From Escherichia coli (lineage in GTDB: Bacteria > Pseudomonadota > Gammaproteobacteria > Enterobacterales > Enterobacteriaceae): a stretch of DNA of 64,000 bases. Location: assembly GCF_003334305.1 (NCBI RefSeq), contig NZ_QOWS01000018.1. One strand, 5' to 3'. Below are positions 25,840 through 36,465 of the stretch, one piece after another. Numbering within the stretch: position 1 is the first letter of the stretch; each line of letters starts with the position of its first letter. A program made the translations under genes and the position numbers. The notes under the pieces are model-generated. The model was not told where the DNA came from. It did not search any database and saw only the letters and a program-made list of their open reading frames with translations.

Positions 25840-28020
25840 TTACTCTTTCTCGGAGTAACTATAACCGTAATAGTTATAGCCGTAACTGTAAGCGGTGCTG
25901 GCGCGTTTAATCACACCATTGAGGATAGCGCCTTTAATATTGACGCCTGCCTGTTCCAGACGCTGCATTGACAAACTCACCTCTTTGGCGGTGTTCAAGC
26001 CAAAACGCGCAACCAGCAGGCTGGTGCCAACAGAACGCCCCACGACCGCGGCATCACTCACCGCCAGCATCGGCGGCGTATCGACAATCACCAGATCGTA
26101 ATGGTCGTTCGCCCATTCCAGTAATTGACGCATCCGATCGCGCATCAGCAGTTCAGACGGGTTAGGTGGCACCTGACCGCGAGTAATCACATCAAAGCCT
26201 CCTTTGCCAAAATGCTGGATCACTTTGTTGAGCTCATCTTTACCTGCCAGATATTCCGACAAGCCATGTTCATTACTCACGGTAAACAGGTTATGCGAAT
26301 AACCACGGCGTAAGTCGGCATCAATAAATAACACTTTTTGATCGGACTGGGCGATCACCGCTGCCAGAGTTGAACTGACAAACGTTTTACCACTGTCTGG
26401 CGTCGCACTGGTGATCATCAGAATGTTATTCTCCGTCTCCATCATAGCGAAATGCAGACTGGTTCGTAGCGCACGTACGGCTTCCACAGCAGAATCCGCC
26501 GGGTTATCCACCGCCAGGAAGGGGATATTTTTAGTACGATGGCGCTGCTGATTAGAAAATAAATTTTTCTTACGCAGACGGGTGCGTTTATCCAGCCACT
26601 CGGACATTGGGATAGTGGCATAAACGCTGATGCCGTGCTCTTCCAGTTGTTCCGGGGCTTCTACACCACGACGCAACATCGCACGCGCCAGCACGGCACC
26701 CACAGAAATAAACAGGCCAAGAATAAAACCAAGCACCACATTCAACGCTTTTTTCGGTTTCACTGGCTGCGGCTGAGTGACTGCCGGGTCGATAATCCGC
26801 ACGTTACCAATGGCACTGGATTTCGAAATACTCAACTCCTGCTGGCGGTTAAGTAATTGCAGATATACCGCACGGCCCGCTTCTACGTCACGACTTAAAC
26901 GCAACACTTCCTGTTGGGTGGAAGGCATTGCCGATACCCGCTTATTCAGGCGTTTGCGTTCTTGCTCCAGCGTCTGGCGTTTTTCCAGCAGCGCACGATA
27001 AGTTGGGTGATCTTTCTTATACAGCTGGGAGATCTCTGCCTCGCGGAAGGTCAGCTCATTGAGTTGATTATCAACGTTCACAATCTGCTCAAGAACGGCT
27101 TTGGCTTCCAGGTTAAGGTCAACCGAATCGCGCTGCTGGCGATACACGTTGAGTTTTTCTTCCGCCTGGTCCAACTCGCTGCGCACTTCAGGTAACTGGC
27201 GCTGTAAGAATTCAAGGCTTTGTGAATCCTGCGCCGCCTGGCGAGCGATATTCTGTTGCAAATAGTTGTTAGCGATGCTGTTCAGAATACGAGTAATCAA
27301 CTGGGGATCATCACCAGTCATGGTAAGTTCCAGCATCCCGCTTTCTTTACTGCGTTCGCTAACGGTAAAGGTTTCCTGCAATGCGTTAATCGCTTCCAGT
27401 TCGGTACGCTGGCTCAGGACAAACTGTGTTCCTGGTTTGGCCTTAATGTCCGCGATAGTCAGCGCAACGCCATCTTTTTCCAGACGCTGGCCGACCATAC
27501 CATTGACGGTGAACTCTTCACCTTCCAGTGTATAGTGGCCGTTTTCCCCAACCGTGAGTGTCAGTTGCTGATCCTGACCATTCAGTTGTGGAATATGCAT
27601 CCAGCTGATCGCCAGCTCACCTGGTTTTTCTTTGGTTAATCTCGCCCAGCCGCGACCCACAATCGGAAAATACTTCTGCTCAACTATGTCGCGCAGATTC
27701 AGTTCAGCAATGGTTTTACCGAGAATCATGCGCGATTGCAGCAGTTGGATCTCCGGTGCAGACTCGGGCGATGAGTTAGGGATCATATCGCTCAGGCCGC
27801 TGAGAATGGCGTTGCCCTGTTTTTGCTCAACCTGGACCAGAGTATCTGCCTGATAAATTGGTGTACTTAACAGCGAGTAAGCGACAGCGATCAGCGTGAA
27901 TAACGCGGTCACGCTGATAATAAACTTACGGTGATCCCATAACTCGCCGACCAGACGAAGCAGATCGATCTCATTTTCCTGAGTGCTGCCTGGTGGCGTA
28001 TTCATATTTTTAGTTGTCAT
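25840..28020 (-). CDS. etk: Tyrosine-protein kinase Etk (726 aa)
   Basis: Track ORF 25840..28020; Walker A DSGKT and C-terminal Tyr-rich tail YSYGYNYYGYSY; adjacent to appA and gfc operon. Confidence 0.93.
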   Translation of the reverse strand: MTTKNMNTPPGSTQENEIDLLRLVGELWDHRKFIISVTALFTLIAVAYSLLSTPIYQADTLVQVEQKQGNAILSGLSDMIPNSSPESAPEIQLLQSRMILGKTIAELNLRDIVEQKYFPIVGRGWARLTKEKPGELAISWMHIPQLNGQDQQLTLTVGENGHYTLEGEEFTVNGMVGQRLEKDGVALTIADIKAKPGTQFVLSQRTELEAINALQETFTVSERSKESGMLELTMTGDDPQLITRILNSIANNYLQQNIARQAAQDSQSLEFLQRQLPEVRSELDQAEEKLNVYRQQRDSVDLNLEAKAVLEQIVNVDNQLNELTFREAEISQLYKKDHPTYRALLEKRQTLEQERKRLNKRVSAMPSTQQEVLRLSRDVEAGRAVYLQLLNRQQELSISKSSAIGNVRIIDPAVTQPQPVKPKKALNVVLGFILGLFISVGAVLARAMLRRGVEAPEQLEEHGISVYATIPMSEWLDKRTRLRKKNLFSNQQRHRTKNIPFLAVDNPADSAVEAVRALRTSLHFAMMETENNILMITSATPDSGKTFVSSTLAAVIAQSDQKVLFIDADLRRGYSHNLFTVSNEHGLSEYLAGKDELNKVIQHFGKGGFDVITRGQVPPNPSELLMRDRMRQLLEWANDHYDLVIVDTPPMLAVSDAAVVGRSVGTSLLVARFGLNTAKEVSLSMQRLEQAGVNIKGAILNGVIKRASTAYSYGYNYYGYSYSEKE

Positions 28021-28039
28021 CGTATTTTATAAACTCAAA

Positions 28040-28486
28040 TTACCGGCTGAGGCGCTTCGCCCATTCCTGACTGGCGCGCTCCAACATACCGTAGACATGT
28101 TCAAATGCGTCCTGACTTTTACGATAGGGATCCGGGATCTCTTTCTGTTCCAGCCATTGCCCAAACAGCATTGTCTTCCCGCGGACCTCGGGAGCGATTG
28201 CGGTAACCTGAGCAATATGCTCTGACTCCATTGCCAGAATCAGATCGTAATTTCGTGCCATCTCAGCAGTGAGCTTACGTCCGGCATGTCCTTCAAGAGA
28301 TACGCCATGATTAGCGGCAACATCTGCTGCTGTCGCATCTGCAGGGTGTTTTACCAGACCATGAACACCTGCCGATTTGACTTTTACGCCTGGCAGACGT
28401 TTACGCAGCAAGCGCTCGCCAATGGGCGAACGGCAAATGTTGCCGGTACAAACCACCAGGATTGAGTTAAATTTTAGTTGGGCCAT
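28040..28486 (-). CDS. etp: Low-molecular-weight protein-tyrosine phosphatase Etp (148 aa)
   Basis: Track ORF 28040..28498; start [21 protein letters not shown] (CX5R P-loop). Confidence 0.93.
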
Positions 28487-29613
28487 GTTTGAATCCACCG
28501 TGAAGTCTCTGTCAGGTCATGCACCCCGGAAATCGTCGGTACCAGCAGAGAAATCACACGGTTCCAACGAGCCAGCGGCGCAGTAGTGACATAAACAATG
28601 TCGTAAGGTTCAAGCTGGAATTCCGTTCCGAGTATCATTGCCGATGCGTCCTTCGCATTCAGCTGATAAATATTGGCGATTTTGCCATTCTGCTTGTTTT
28701 GCGTTGCACGAATAACAAAAATCCCCGTCGCATCAGCGACATCCTGATTCATACCCTCAGCGTTACCCAGCGCTTCCGCCAGGGTCATACCGCTGCGGTC
28801 CATTTTCAGCGTGCTCTGTTTACCCACTTCACCCATCACGAAGACTTTCAGATCATCGTTGCGCGGAATAAATAAAATATCGCCCGGGTGCAGCAGTTTG
28901 TTCTGGCGCAAGTCGCCACGCTGCATCAGCGCATAGAGGTTCACTTTGGTCTTTACGCCATTCTGGGTGAGCACCACGTTGCGCCAGTCTGCATCTGCGG
29001 TCAGACCGCCCGCGGCGTTAATCGCATCCATGATGGTCAGAGGAATATTGGTAATCGGCTGCTGACCCGATTTGCTGACTTCGCCGGTGACGTACGCTTT
29101 TTGCGAGCGGAACGCCGCGACGCTGACATCGACTTGCGGGCTTTCAATGACTGAATCCAGACGCGCTGTAATCTCGTTGCGTACCTGGGTAAGTGTTTTC
29201 CCGGCCACTTTCAGGCGACCAATATAGGGGTAGAAAATCGCACCATCGGCGTTAACCCAGTTGCCGGTATCACTGGCGCTACGGTATTGCCCTGCGGGGG
29301 TGGTTAGTTCCGGGTGATCCCAGACCGTAACCATCAACACATCCCCAATGCCGATACGATATTCATAGTTTGCGATTTGCTGCTCCAGCTCCGGGTTAGC
29401 CTGCGACATAATCGGTTTGGCGCGCAACTGATCAATCAATCCTGGCGTGACGGGATAGATATTGACCATTTTGTCCAGGTCATACTGATTGTCAGGTAGT
29501 TCAATGACATCCTTGTTACTGGTCGATAAATTCTGACCAGGAACAAGGGTACATGCTGTCAAAGACAGAACAGCCAATGTCAGTACCGAAAACTTAAAAA
29601 TGTTCTTTTTCAT
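28474..29613 (-). CDS. gfcE: Polysaccharide export outer membrane lipoprotein GfcE (379 aa)
   Basis: Track ORF 28474..29634; start [21 protein letters not shown]. Confidence 0.92.
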
Positions 29614-29658
29614 TGGTTTATATTTATCAGTCAATGTAATGTTATGAATTACGTCAGG

Positions 29659-31755
29659 TTATTGTCCAACCGGTACTTCTCGCTCTGCCGTCATTGGATA
29701 GAGCTGGTATTTGCGTGACAGCATTTGTCCACCATCACGCGTCAATGGTGTCCACGAAACCACCGCGCGGTTGCGGTTAGGTCCAATGGTCATCAAGTCG
29801 AATGGAATCGAGATATAAAAACCTTTACTAAAGCCGCCTTCGCCGTAGTCATCTTTAGATACGTTACTGATTGCCGCCCATACCCCTACCGCCACGCCGC
29901 TGTCAAAGCGTTTGGCGACGTCGATCGTTGCGCCTTTATCTTTTGCCAGATATTGCCCAACGCTAAGTTTCATCAGTACGCCATTGAGCGTCGGCGGGTT
30001 CCAGTAAGCCGTCACGAAACCTGTTGGCGTGGAATAATCGGTGAAACGCATCATGTTGTCCCAGTCACGTTGCTTCACGTAGTTAACGTCCACACCCAGC
30101 GCCCAGCTGGCATCTAGCGGGCGATAAAGCAGCTCGGAACCGACACCGGCGTACATCGTTTCCAGATAACCGCCATACACCTGGCCATAGAAACCATTGC
30201 CTAAGTCGGCAAAGTAGTTCGCCTGCAAGTTGTTGAGATAAACGTCATTGCGAACGTAATCACGGATATGCGTGCGCACGCGGGGCAGGGTAGAGTCCGC
30301 GGGCAACAGCGAAGACTTAAACTTGTCGTAGTTGTTGTAAATATTGGTGAAAATACCGCCATCAAGCAGCAGGTGGTCGGTAAACCAGTAGCGGGCACTG
30401 GACATCAGCCCCAGCTGGAACATATAGAAATCTTCCGGGCCGCCCAGCGACTGTGAAAGTGTTGGGTTGAAAGAGTAGCTAAAGCGATCTTCACGAATAC
30501 GGTAGCCCCGACCAAAGGCAGAAAGATCTTCTGCTTCAACACGTTGTTGTTGAAGTTGCTCTGATTGACCAGGCGCTGTACCAGCCAGCTGTTTGCGCAG
30601 GCTGGCTACGTCGGTTTCGGTAGTCACCATCGCCATATGCTCGCGCTTTTGCGTCACGCTAATCTTCTCAACGCCTTGCGGCAGGTTATTCACCAGAATC
30701 CGGTTGGCACGATCGACCGCTTCGCGAGAATCACGGTATTTGTATTGTTGACCAGACATATACAGCGTCTTATCGCGCAGCTGAATTTCCGGTGCTTCAA
30801 AACCTGCGTTGTACTTCAGCGCGGTAAGTTGGTTCGCTACTGTGGTGTACTGCAATCCTTCAGATTCAGGCGCAGGTTGATATGCCGGTTTTGGCGTATC
30901 GCGCAGGGCAGGGCGCAGATCGTTGAAATTGGTCCGTAACGTGAAGCCAAACATCAACGTGTTACCGCGTTCATAACTCAGGTTGAGATCTGCCCAGCTG
31001 GCAGCGCGATAAACTGCGCCGACGTTGAAATGGCTTGCCTGAGGCAGTTTGCCAGCGAAATCATTCTGGTAATTGTTGCCATCGTATTCGAGTTTCAGAC
31101 GCAGGGGATTCCACGGCGTTTGATACTCAATGCCGCCAAAGATGGAAGCCGGGCCACGAAAGATATCGCTAAAGCTGATATCGCCCGCATCGTGAGACTC
31201 TGCGCGATGACAATATTTATCGCTCACCCGGCAAAACGGGTTGGTAATATTGCCCGCATTACCGGCGTAGCCCCATGCCATCCCGAGGGTGAAATCAAAT
31301 GGCCCCGCTTGCTTGCTGGCCACCAGATACTCACCGTCAAACAGACCCGTACCAGCAATATCACGTTTACCAAACGCCACTTGCGGTAGCCAGTAACCTT
31401 CTTCCCACAGGCGAAGTTTAAAATCGAATGATTTGTCTTTGTATGACTGATCGCCGCTGAAATCTTCCCACTGGCTATATTTGCGTGTGCGCACATCCGT
31501 ATAACGAATGGTGCCTTCCAGCCATGGGAACAGCGCCACGGAGGTGGAGTAGAACCGGTATTGATCGTTATCCCGGTAGTTGACGCTGAATTCACCTTCC
31601 GGTGCGATGCGCGCATTTGGCATCTGCAACAATCCTGTGCCGCCAAAGTCTGATTGCGACGAACCCAGCGGATCCGGGTAGGTTAATACTTCAGCATGAC
31701 AGGCACTGGAGACGGCAATGGCCAGGCAGCTTAAAAGATAAGAATTCTTCTTCAT
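29659..31755 (-). CDS. gfcD: Outer membrane beta-barrel protein GfcD (698 aa)
   Basis: Track ORF 29659..31755; signal peptide. Confidence 0.92.
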   Translation of the reverse strand: MKKNSYLLSCLAIAVSSACHAEVLTYPDPLGSSQSDFGGTGLLQMPNARIAPEGEFSVNYRDNDQYRFYSTSVALFPWLEGTIRYTDVRTRKYSQWEDFSGDQSYKDKSFDFKLRLWEEGYWLPQVAFGKRDIAGTGLFDGEYLVASKQAGPFDFTLGMAWGYAGNAGNITNPFCRVSDKYCHRAESHDAGDISFSDIFRGPASIFGGIEYQTPWNPLRLKLEYDGNNYQNDFAGKLPQASHFNVGAVYRAASWADLNLSYERGNTLMFGFTLRTNFNDLRPALRDTPKPAYQPAPESEGLQYTTVANQLTALKYNAGFEAPEIQLRDKTLYMSGQQYKYRDSREAVDRANRILVNNLPQGVEKISVTQKREHMAMVTTETDVASLRKQLAGTAPGQSEQLQQQRVEAEDLSAFGRGYRIREDRFSYSFNPTLSQSLGGPEDFYMFQLGLMSSARYWFTDHLLLDGGIFTNIYNNYDKFKSSLLPADSTLPRVRTHIRDYVRNDVYLNNLQANYFADLGNGFYGQVYGGYLETMYAGVGSELLYRPLDASWALGVDVNYVKQRDWDNMMRFTDYSTPTGFVTAYWNPPTLNGVLMKLSVGQYLAKDKGATIDVAKRFDSGVAVGVWAAISNVSKDDYGEGGFSKGFYISIPFDLMTIGPNRNRAVVSWTPLTRDGGQMLSRKYQLYPMTAEREVPVGQ

Positions 31756-32501
31756 CAGTCAGGAACACGTTGCGTTAAAACAGACACAATCTGGTCATTT
31801 AAATCAGCATATTTTTCGGGCAGTACATGCGCAGAAAAGCCCAACCAAAGCTGGCTGCCAGGCGGTGGTTCCACATGTCTTTTATTCCACAGGGCAACAG
31901 GGGCGACGACAGTCTCACCCTCAGGCGTAATCACCATAACGTTATTCTTGTCCGCGCCTGCAAGGCGGGGGTGATCTTGCAGATAATCGGTAACGCTACG
32001 GCCTGCCTGCCAGGGCAATTGCCCGGCCCCAGAAACCGCACCCAGCAGAGTAATAGTCACCGGACGCTGTACGGTATAGAGCGTATAGTCCCCGACCAAC
32101 GGGGGATTGCTGTTCTCATCCACTCGTACAAAATCAGGGTCCAGTTTGACCGGTAAGCGACCAGTGATATTGAGATTGAGTAACTGCTGGCGCACGGATT
32201 TAATCGTTGCCGCCACATCGTCGTCAGCTTCTGCTTCCCAGGAAGCAAGCTGTGCCATGACATGTTGGTAGTCTTTAAGCGCTTTAGCTTTCGCCGCAGA
32301 GTCGGTCAGCAAGGCACCAGGCCACCAGAGGCGATCGCGCAGTTGCGGTTGTGTCACCAACTGGACAACATTTTCCATGGGGCCAACGGAAAGTGTCTGT
32401 TGTTCGCCAGGCAGATAAATAGTCACCGTTCCTTGCGCAAAGGCATGGGGTGTCATTACGTAAAGTACGCTGGCAATGAAATACGACTGTAATTTATTCA
32501 T
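31755..32501 (-). CDS. gfcC: Periplasmic protein GfcC (248 aa)
   Basis: Track ORF 31755..32501. Confidence 0.9.
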   Translation of the reverse strand: MNKLQSYFIASVLYVMTPHAFAQGTVTIYLPGEQQTLSVGPMENVVQLVTQPQLRDRLWWPGALLTDSAAKAKALKDYQHVMAQLASWEAEADDDVAATIKSVRQQLLNLNITGRLPVKLDPDFVRVDENSNPPLVGDYTLYTVQRPVTITLLGAVSGAGQLPWQAGRSVTDYLQDHPRLAGADKNNVMVITPEGETVVAPVALWNKRHVEPPPGSQLWLGFSAHVLPEKYADLNDQIVSVLTQRVPD

Positions 32502-33142
32502 GGTGCGGGTTTAAGAAACGTCATTTCTACGGGAATAACCCCTGCGCCTAACATTTGCCGACTTTGACGAACCTGGCCAGTAGCCGAATCGACCCAGAAT
32601 GTGTTTTGCCACTGTTTTTCTGGCCGCGTGGAAGTCACCTCTTCCTGCCAGACATTACACAGCACATTGCGACCCGCAATATTCAGCGTCTCTAATCCAG
32701 CAAAGGAAAAAGTAGAACTCAGGGTCGCAGAGCGAAAATGGTTGTCTTCACTCCAGAGAATATCGCGCGTCCAGCGGCTGCCATCTTTTATTGCCAGCGC
32801 GTTACGCAGAGGGTCCTGCCCGGAATTTGTCACTTCCAGCAGATTATTATTAAGTTTGACGGTTTTTAAAAGACGTCCATTGTGGGTAACCAGCATGGCG
32901 TTATCCTGGGATAACCATTTGCTTTGTTCTTGTTCTATATATCCCAGTACCACAAAGATTCGTTGCCCTTCATTAAGGCGTAAATACATAGTGGAATAAG
33001 GCAACGCCTGGATCTGCTGATCCGCTACGGTGATATCCTGATTATCGAAAAGGCTGGCGCGAAATGTATCGACCATACTTTGCTGGCTGTGCGTACATCC
33101 CGCAAGAAATAGTGCGAAAATCGATAAAATAAGAGGGCGCAC
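32498..33142 (-). CDS. gfcB: Lipoprotein GfcB (214 aa)
   Basis: Track ORF 32498..33142; lipobox LAGC. Confidence 0.9.
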   Translation of the reverse strand: MRPLILSIFALFLAGCTHSQQSMVDTFRASLFDNQDITVADQQIQALPYSTMYLRLNEGQRIFVVLGYIEQEQSKWLSQDNAMLVTHNGRLLKTVKLNNNLLEVTNSGQDPLRNALAIKDGSRWTRDILWSEDNHFRSATLSSTFSFAGLETLNIAGRNVLCNVWQEEVTSTRPEKQWQNTFWVDSATGQVRQSRQMLGAGVIPVEMTFLKPAP

Positions 33143-33248
33143 CTTTAATCCTTGAAAGGTTAATTAAAAAAATGCAAATCTCTAAAGCCCGGTACGAATA
33201 TCGCAACCGGGTATCATTTAACTTTAATTTCGACGCGTTAAAGCAGTA

Positions 33249-33554
33249 TTAGCGTGTAGTGGACGTGGTGGTTGAGGTGTTATGAGAACCGCCATCGCCA
33301 CTGTCATTTGCTGCAACAACTGCCAACGTCGCCACACCAACAGCCGTTGCCACACCGACAACTGTCGCCGTGCCGACAGCGCCAGCAGCCACGCCACCAG
33401 TGGTAGTAGCAGTCGTGGTTGCGCCGGTAGTGGTCGTTGTGGTGCCAGTAGTACCCGTCGTTGCCTCGGTCCCGTTTGTTGCTTCAGGGGCAGCAAACGC
33501 AGCTGGCGTCGTCAACATGAAGGCCATAAGGATTGCAGAAAGCTTGTGTTTCAT
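33249..33554 (-). CDS. gfcA: Thr/Gly/Ala-rich membrane protein GfcA (101 aa)
   Basis: Track ORF 33249..33572; start MKHKLSAILMAF; low-complexity TTGTTTTTTGATTTATTTGG tract. Confidence 0.88.
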   Translation of the reverse strand: MKHKLSAILMAFMLTTPAAFAAPEATNGTEATTGTTGTTTTTTGATTTATTTGGVAAGAVGTATVVGVATAVGVATLAVVAANDSGDGGSHNTSTTTSTTR

Positions 33555-33995
33555 AACTTTTCCTTTATTCATCGCATGGACAATACGTACGCTTGAGATC
33601 AGGATTGTCTACTTTGAGTATAACATCCTTGTGAAATCTCCCTTTCCTCATACCGCTTGCACTATATACTGCGGGTAGGAAAGGCGCGCAGAGGGAAATA
33701 TAAGATTGTTAACTATCCCCCTCTGGAAATACGACTTGTGAGCATAAGATAAATCTTAGCAAAATACAAATTAAAGATAAGGAAATTGTTACGAAAGCTA
33801 TTAATTATTGTTGGTAATATAGTTTCAAGTGGTACTATAACTGGCTGTTAAATGGCATTTATAACTATTAGGTGCAGAGATATTCGCTTAAATGGATTAG
33901 TTTCTTTGTGGAAAAGTAACTGATGTTATAATGTATGGTGTTGACTATTGCACTATTCCAATAAAACCAGTCAGCTTTAAACAAGCAGCGTCATA

Positions 33996-34208
33996 TTAAG
34001 AGAGATAAACATTTGCCGCTGTTGGTCCTCGCAGGCCATTTACGCGGCAAAATTCCACACGTAATCCTGGTATAAGCACTTCTGCGTCGCGGGGAGTGAA
34101 TGCGGAAATATGGACCTGAACTTCTTTACGACCGTCGGAGGGGATAATGAATCCTTTGCCGCTTTTGCGATCAAAGGTTTTGACAATTCCTGTCATTTTA
34201 CGGGACAA
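33996..34208 (-). CDS. cspH: Cold-shock-like protein CspH (70 aa)
   Basis: Track ORF 33996..34208; cold-shock domain. Confidence 0.93.
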
Positions 34209-34493
34209 ACAAATTCCTTACTGAAAATACTGCGCTGCACTATACGGGGTTAATAAAATAAAGCCAGCGATATTTAAGACCGCCGGACGGCTAAAATAAA
34301 ATTTGCTTAATCTCAATTATCATGCGTTAATAGCTGCGTCGGTTTGAAAGACAGACAGCATACAAAGTAGTTTACTAAAGCAGTTCTCATTATCAGGCAT
34401 TATCCCCTTCTTTTGAGTCTCTCTCCTGAACACTAAGTAGTTTCTGTATTAAAGCCCTGTTTGCCGAAAGGCCCAAAATGAAGGAAGTAAAAT

Positions 34494-34706
34494 ATGTCTA
34501 ATAAAATGACTGGTTTAGTAAAATGGTTTAACGCAGATAAAGGTTTTGGCTTTATCACTCCTGATGATGGCAGCAAAGACGTTTTCGTCCATTTCACTGC
34601 CATCCAGAGCAATGAATTCCGCACGCTGAACGAAAATCAGAAAGTTGAATTTTCTATTGAGCAGGGGCAACGTGGCCCCGCGGCAGCGAACGTTGTTACG
34701 CTCTAA
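34494..34706 (+). CDS. cspG: Cold-shock protein CspG (70 aa)
   Basis: Track ORF 34494..34706; [21 protein letters not shown]. Confidence 0.95.
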   Translation: MSNKMTGLVKWFNADKGFGFITPDDGSKDVFVHFTAIQSNEFRTLNENQKVEFSIEQGQRGPAAANVVTL

Positions 34707-34905
34707 GGTTGCCGTTATTACTCAACATCTCCATTTCCGCTGTCCATGTTGTCATGGTTCACAGTACCGTACATCGGCATTCGATGTGACGGAGCGAAAC
34801 CCTTTGGGCGCTAAGTGTATTTTTTGTAAATCGACGATGATCACCTTTGATAACGTCGCGCTGCAAATATGCACGGACCATGCGCCGCTGGATTTCACAA
34901 AATAA
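34645..34905 (+). CDS. Small Cys-rich (zinc-ribbon-like) protein immediately after cspG; start uncertain, possibly K-12 ymcF
   Basis: Track ORF begins at TTG inside cspG; contains CPCC and CIFC motifs; true start may be the GTG at 34672 or later. Confidence 0.3.
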   Translation: MNFLLSRGNVAPRQRTLLRSKVAVITQHLHFRCPCCHGSQYRTSAFDVTERNPLGAKCIFCKSTMITFDNVALQICTDHAPLDFTK

Positions 34906-35110
34906 TATCAGGCTCCCTCGTGGAGCCTTTTTTATATCTGCCTTATTTTTCTTCAACGCTGTATGTATAGTAAGCGATAACCTGTTGATTATTGAATCTT
35001 TCGGGGAGATGGCTTATAACATTTCTTACCTGACCAGGGTACCGGGAACCAACACCTTACTGGCGTGTTGCTGTCTTTCAAGACCAGAAGAGGTTAACAG
35101 TGAATATTGA
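34880..35110 (+). CDS. ymcE: Cold-shock-region small protein YmcE/Sfa (76 aa)
   Basis: Track ORF 34847..35110; start [15 protein letters not shown]. Confidence 0.8.
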   Translation: MRRWISQNNIRLPRGAFFISALFFFNAVCIVSDNLLIIESFGEMAYNISYLTRVPGTNTLLACCCLSRPEEVNSEY

Positions 35111-35273
35111 AGAGTTAAAAAAACAAGCCGAAACGGAAATCGCCGACTTTATCGCGCAAAAAATCGCCGAGCTGAACAAGAATACAGGGAAAGAAGTCTC
35201 TGAAATTCGCTTCACCGCACGAGAAAAAATGACCGGGCTTGAAAGTTATGATGTCAAAATCAAAATAATGTGA
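35100..35273 (+). CDS. gnsA: GnsA, secG-null suppressor (57 aa)
   Basis: Not in track; GTG at 35100; MNIEELKKQAETEIADFIAQKIAELNKNTGKEVSEIRFTAREKMTGLESYDVKIKIM. Confidence 0.85.
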   Translation: MNIEELKKQAETEIADFIAQKIAELNKNTGKEVSEIRFTAREKMTGLESYDVKIKIM

Positions 35274-35320
35274 TTTTGTGAACATCACCCGTGCGAGGTG
35301 ATGTTCCGCTTGTTGCTAAT

Positions 35321-36394
35321 TTAGTGACCAATCATTGGCGCTTGTGGAATTAAGCGTCGGTACAATTCATCCGGTACCGGGCTTTGCCATACTCCCGCAT
35401 ACATTGCGTAACCAATCACCGCAAACATAATCCCCAGAACCAGTAGCGTCATTAACCAGCCAGACAACGCAAAGGCTTTTTTATTTGCCGCAGGTTTTTG
35501 CAGTGAAAAGGTCAATGTTGAGGCTACCGGACATGACTCTACGCAAGTCATACAGCCGGTACATTCCACTGTTCGTACCTGAATTAATTTATCTACCGGG
35601 ATCCGTGATGGGCAATTTTTTGCGCATTTGCCACAGCCGATACAACTTTCGGCATTGCGACGAATCTTAAACGGCGATAATAGCGAAACCACGCCCATCA
35701 GCGCGCCATATGGGCAAAGATAACGACACCAGGCATGGCGAATAAACAGGCTGGCAATCAGCAAAACGGTCACGCTGATTAATGTCGCGGTCCCCATATG
35801 ACGAAAGAAATCGAGCATTTTTACGTCCATCACCACGCTGTAGGGCGACAACATAAAATAGTGAATCGCCTGAGCGGGCATCAATAACGCGATATAGAGA
35901 AAAAAACTCAACAGCAAATACTTCACGCCGCGCAGAGGAATATCCAGCCAGCGGGGAAGGACACATTGCCGACCAAACAGTTTGTTACCGAGATCGCCGA
36001 TTAATTCAGAAAGCGTACCAACCGGGCATAACCATGAGCAAAAGGCCTTTTTGAGTAATAGACTGATGACGATAAAAGCGACCAATAACAGCATCGCGGC
36101 GGCGTGGACGGACGGTAACTGACCTGTTGTAAGGCTATATTTCAGATTCATCAGACCGGCAATCGGTAGCCAGCCTTCGATACCTCCCGGTCTGGCGACA
36201 AATGTCGTGCTACTTGCCGTTTCGTAATAGCGCACCCAATACCAGAACGTGATGGCAATATAAATATTCATTGCCAACAGTAATAATTGCGTCGCTTTAC
36301 GCCAGGTCGTGGCATTGCGCCAGTCATTCCACGGTAATTTGCCGCCCGTCGTGCCTGGCCGCCGCTGCCAGCGGGTTCTTTTTTTCTCTGCCAT
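35321..36394 (-). CDS. yccM: 4Fe-4S membrane protein YccM (357 aa)
   Basis: Track ORF 35321..36394; ferredoxin-type cysteine clusters CIGCGKCAKNCP and CTGCMTCVESCP. Confidence 0.9.
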   Translation of the reverse strand: MAEKKRTRWQRRPGTTGGKLPWNDWRNATTWRKATQLLLLAMNIYIAITFWYWVRYYETASSTTFVARPGGIEGWLPIAGLMNLKYSLTTGQLPSVHAAAMLLLVAFIVISLLLKKAFCSWLCPVGTLSELIGDLGNKLFGRQCVLPRWLDIPLRGVKYLLLSFFLYIALLMPAQAIHYFMLSPYSVVMDVKMLDFFRHMGTATLISVTVLLIASLFIRHAWCRYLCPYGALMGVVSLLSPFKIRRNAESCIGCGKCAKNCPSRIPVDKLIQVRTVECTGCMTCVESCPVASTLTFSLQKPAANKKAFALSGWLMTLLVLGIMFAVIGYAMYAGVWQSPVPDELYRRLIPQAPMIGH

Positions 36395-36465
36395 GATTTT
36401 GCCAGTCCGTTAAGTTGCATACCAAATGCCACTATTCTAGTTGTTCTTAACTGGCTGATATTGAT

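Noticed and set aside
33224-33678. Three overlapping ORFs on both strands across gfcA
   Set aside because: Artefacts of the ACN/GGN low-complexity repeat that encodes the Thr/Gly/Ala-rich GfcA; only the minus-strand frame has a signal peptide and proper start.
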